A stretch of DNA of 54,002 nt from a virus, in IMG/VR virus record IMGVR_UViG_3300012117_000002, positions 1-54,002 of that record. One strand, given 5' to 3'. The position numbers and the translations under genes are program-made. Positions 51,414-54,002 of the stretch are shown here, one piece after another (position 1 is the stretch's first letter; each line of letters opens with the position of its first letter). The notes under the pieces are model-generated. The model did not search any database. It saw only the letters and a program-made list of their open reading frames with translations, and was not told where the DNA came from.

Positions 51414-52011
51414 AATCAATTAACTTTCCTTCGTCTTCAAATTTGCTATCATGCATGAACCCCCACATAAAACCACCGGCTGTTTTGCGTTTCCCATTGC
51501 AACAACCGCTAATATTTTGGTGGGAAACTCCAGTATTACGTTCTGCTTCCAAAGCTGATGCGAAGTTTGCAACAAAGTTTTTGGTTTTTGTATATTGCGC
51601 GACTGCCTTACTATGACTCAATCCAATTTGCCTAATTCGTTCCATGTGTTCCTGATTTCCCTTGTTCCATGCGCTCATCTTTTGTTTGGATTTTTCTGTA
51701 TGGACGACTCCAAAACCTCCGCCATTTCCTCCTGATGAAATGTTATAGCATTTTCCGATTTCTCGGTACTTAGCGATTAGAAATCGTTCCATTGCATATG
51801 CTTCGTCTCCCGATATTCCGGCTTCCAATACCTCGTGCTTTATATTGTCCCATCCATATTTCTTTATAGCTGCATAAAATTCTTCGTTGCAGTTATAGCG
51901 ACCACCATTCTGCCACCTCTTGTTAACATTTTGACTGGTCACTCCGACATACACCCATCCATTTGGTGTAATATGCATATACACACTGTACCGATTGTTA
52001 TTCTTATCCAT
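51403..52011 (-). mobile_element. free-standing GIY-YIG homing endonuclease gene
   Basis: GIY-YIG motif YSVYMHITPNGWVYVGVT, NUMOD3-like HTEKSKQKMS, and C-terminal NTGVSHQNISGCCNGKRKTAGGFMW. Confidence 0.8.
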
Positions 52012-52045
52012 GGCACAAATCTCCTTTAAAATATCCTCGCTTTCC

Positions 52046-52648
52046 TCACTTTACTTTACCACCCCGTTTCAGTGATCTTAAACTCCATACCCCGAACCCT
52101 GTTTCTGTCGGAAAGCGCCCCGCATCCAAGCACAGTGACAGGTATATCAATCGCTCAACGTAGTATTCAATAAAAGCCGGATCATAACTTATTTCATAAA
52201 GAGAAGTCCGCTTGGGGTCAATCTCCCGGTAAAAATTGTTGTAATCTTTATCTTCCAGTCCGTAGGCTACTATATAAGCATTACGGATACCCGCGGCATA
52301 CATCTGAACACATACTTGTTCCCGGTACTTCTTTGACACTTTGAAACCATTATAAAATCGGTAAGTTTTAACCTCATAGATGCAGTCACCGGTATCGCCG
52401 TCCAGGTTCACCCGCAGGCGGCCCCGGATGATCTGGCGGTCCTTTTGCATGTTCCAAATGCCCAGACTATCCAATATCTGATGTTCGTAGGCGGTCCCGG
52501 CCATCATGGCCTCATTGCAAAAATCCACTTTATAGAGTCCGGCCTTTTCCAGATACCATTTTTCAAAACTCTTAGTTTCCCAGTTTCCGACCACATATCC
52601 CACATCAGAAGCCCCTATGTAATATGACCGGTCATGATCGGCTATCAT
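52046..52648 (-). CDS. YqaJ/lambda-Exo-like recombination exonuclease
   Basis: YIGASDVGYVVG...AGTAYEHQIL...DGDTGDCIYEVKT (PD-(D/E)xK). Confidence 0.8.
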   Translation of the reverse strand: MIADHDRSYYIGASDVGYVVGNWETKSFEKWYLEKAGLYKVDFCNEAMMAGTAYEHQILDSLGIWNMQKDRQIIRGRLRVNLDGDTGDCIYEVKTYRFYNGFKVSKKYREQVCVQMYAAGIRNAYIVAYGLEDKDYNNFYREIDPKRTSLYEISYDPAFIEYYVERLIYLSLCLDAGRFPTETGFGVWSLRSLKRGGKVK

Positions 52649-53310
52649 TGTTTCTCGTGGATAATGCGCACAAGCTCATTTTCCATTTTGGCAAGGGAGG
52701 CATACATTTTGAATTTCATGTCAAGTTCGTCATCGTCCATGCCGATTGCCTGCGCTATTTCTGACTTGGTCATTCCGCGCTTATTCAAAACCGTGAATTC
52801 TTCCAGCACCCGCTCCCGCACCTTCATGATGTCATGATGGATTTCTCCTTGCCGTTGAAGTTCGCGTTCTGCCTGTTCGCTTGATATCCAGAGATCAAAC
52901 CCTAGGCCGGTACGGATAGCGACCGCCTTGACAAATAACCGGCACTGGCAATTCCATAGCCGCTGCTGGCTCATAGAGTTGTCCTTTACGGGATTAGCGC
53001 CGTTCATCACGGGTCCTTGAAACTCAAATTCAAGGTTATCGATTATCACCCTCACGCGGGTCTCGTAAGCGCTATTAGTGTTATCATTTGAATCCTTGAA
53101 AGTCGCATCCGTCTTAATCAAGGAGGAACCGTTGGGGCCTGGGACTGGTTCAAAGTAAGCCTCCTTCGCTCCGTTTTCATGTAAAAGATCAATACATTTA
53201 GCCCAATTCAAATAAGGGATTTTGACTTCCTTGCCGTTTATTTTTTCTTTGCGTGCTTCACAATATGGTGAAACATCAATTTTCCTTAGTTCGTCATAGC
53301 TTTTCAACAT
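52645..53310 (-). CDS. Rad52-like single-strand annealing protein (Sak/DUF1071-like)
   Basis: KIPYLNWAKCIDLLHENGAKEAYFEPV is typical of the Sak family. It is adjacent to the exonuclease gene. Confidence 0.75.
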   Translation of the reverse strand: MLKSYDELRKIDVSPYCEARKEKINGKEVKIPYLNWAKCIDLLHENGAKEAYFEPVPGPNGSSLIKTDATFKDSNDNTNSAYETRVRVIIDNLEFEFQGPVMNGANPVKDNSMSQQRLWNCQCRLFVKAVAIRTGLGFDLWISSEQAERELQRQGEIHHDIMKVRERVLEEFTVLNKRGMTKSEIAQAIGMDDDELDMKFKMYASLAKMENELVRIIHEKQ

Positions 53311-53579
53311 ATAATTCCCCTCCGTTTCGCTTCTTCACGTGTAACTTCCAGATGGTTCCCAGAATAGAACCATTCCACTAACTCCCTTTGTAATTCGGGA
53401 TCGACCGCCAAAACCCCAAGTGCATGAGTATAAGCATCCTCAAGCGGTATAAATTTCATACCGTTACAACTAATGTATCCCACTATGGCCTCCGCTGTTG
53501 CGATATCGCAATCAGACCTTGGGTCCATAACTGGACTTCCATCCAAGCGGTGATCTGTATCTCTATACCAGCTATACAT
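53304..53579 (-). CDS. hypothetical early protein (91 aa)
   Basis: ATG 53579 overlaps the upstream stop. The track ORF extends to 53597. Confidence 0.5.
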   Translation of the reverse strand: MYSWYRDTDHRLDGSPVMDPRSDCDIATAEAIVGYISCNGMKFIPLEDAYTHALGVLAVDPELQRELVEWFYSGNHLEVTREEAKRRGIIC

Positions 53580-53871
53580 ACTCCACGTCCTCTTCACACA
53601 AACCGATGGGCGGCATAATTTTTGCCATATATTCCTTGTATTCCTCTATGCGTCCTTGGTCTAATGGCATGTCAAGATCAAATTTAAACCGCCTGTCGCA
53701 TCCCGCTTTCCCTCGCTCCCATCCGGTTTCATATATTTGGACTTCCAGTACCGCAATGTGTCCAGCCACGTCAACAAACACCGTTGGCAGGCCCGAAGAG
53801 GCTCTCCGTTCGCCAAATCCATTGACCGCAATGGCAATATCAATAATTTCTTCAACTTGTGCTATATTCAT
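53572..53871 (-). CDS. hypothetical early protein (99 aa)
   Basis: AAAGGAG lies 8 nt upstream of the ATG. Confidence 0.6.
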   Translation of the reverse strand: MNIAQVEEIIDIAIAVNGFGERRASSGLPTVFVDVAGHIAVLEVQIYETGWERGKAGCDRRFKFDLDMPLDQGRIEEYKEYMAKIMPPIGLCEEDVEYV

Positions 53872-53923
53872 GCTTGCAATCTCCTTTCAAAACCCTTATA
53901 ATAAGGGGTGACAGTATAATTAT

Positions 53924-54002
53924 TTACTTCAATTCCCCGGCCGATTCCGCAGCTGGGGTTTTGTTATACTTCCATTTTCCATTCCTAAAACTCATATCAA
54001 AT
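53924..54002 (-). CDS. C-terminal part of the wrap-around ORF listed at 1-208
   Basis: The frame is continuous with 1-208 through the repeat and ends at TAA 53926-53924. Confidence 0.55.
   Translation of the reverse strand, partial: FDMSFRNGKWKYNKTPAAESAGELK
53944..54002. repeat. second copy of the 59-bp terminal repeat
   Basis: Identical to bases 1-59. Confidence 0.95.

Overview
The window is a complete, circularly closed genome of a temperate contractile-tailed phage or prophage. The unique length is 53,943 bp, and bases 1-59 are identical to 53944-54002. The host is probably a Gram-positive Clostridia-type bacterium, inferred from the CW_binding-type repeats in the endolysin and from the spore-protein-like cargo. 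Almost all genes are on the minus strand. Reading the minus strand from the lysogeny switch (divergent promoters at 3639-3719), the order is as follows. First come early genes: Bro-N/KilAC antirepressor, excisionase-type HTH, an odd G/A-rich repeat tract, a RAMP-like orphan and small zinc-ribbon proteins. After the wrap across the window ends comes recombination (Rad52/Sak-like annealase, YqaJ-like exonuclease, a free-standing GIY-YIG homing endonuclease, NinB-like protein, resolvase-like nuclease). Then replication (replisome organiser with internal 11-bp iterons, G39P-like loader), followed by a DNA-modification cluster (two beta-class methyltransferases and a PAPS-reductase/PP-loop enzyme). 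Then many small proteins, a putative late activator, terS/terL, portal, Mu-F-like protein, scaffold and capsid. Then a PBSX-like tail module: sheath, tube, chaperone with -1 frameshift, tape measure, LysM protein, baseplate and fibre. Last is the lysis cassette: r1t-type holin, a glucosaminidase+amidase+cell-wall-binding endolysin, and BhlA-like and XhlA-like membrane proteins. Between lysis and attP/int (5.7-17 kb) lies the cargo region. It holds a plus-strand island with duplicated promoters, a membrane-anchored Mrr-type nuclease with an FtsK-gamma domain, a lipoprotein, a secreted wall-binding protein, a second antirepressor operon and an 11-gene translationally coupled operon with exosporium/spore-coat-like proteins. 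I saw no tRNA, rRNA, CRISPR array or reverse transcriptase. All functional calls rest on motifs I recognise by eye and on synteny, not on database searches. The most unusual items are (i) the ~650-nt G/A-rich degenerate repeat with 10 exact GCAAAGG copies, directly upstream of a RAMP-like orphan gene in the early operon; (ii) the spore-surface-like operon next to attP; (iii) the membrane Mrr/FtsK-gamma nuclease; (iv) the PAPS-reductase plus double-methylase cluster; and (v) two conserved genes whose conserved N-termini lie upstream of any ATG/GTG/TTG.
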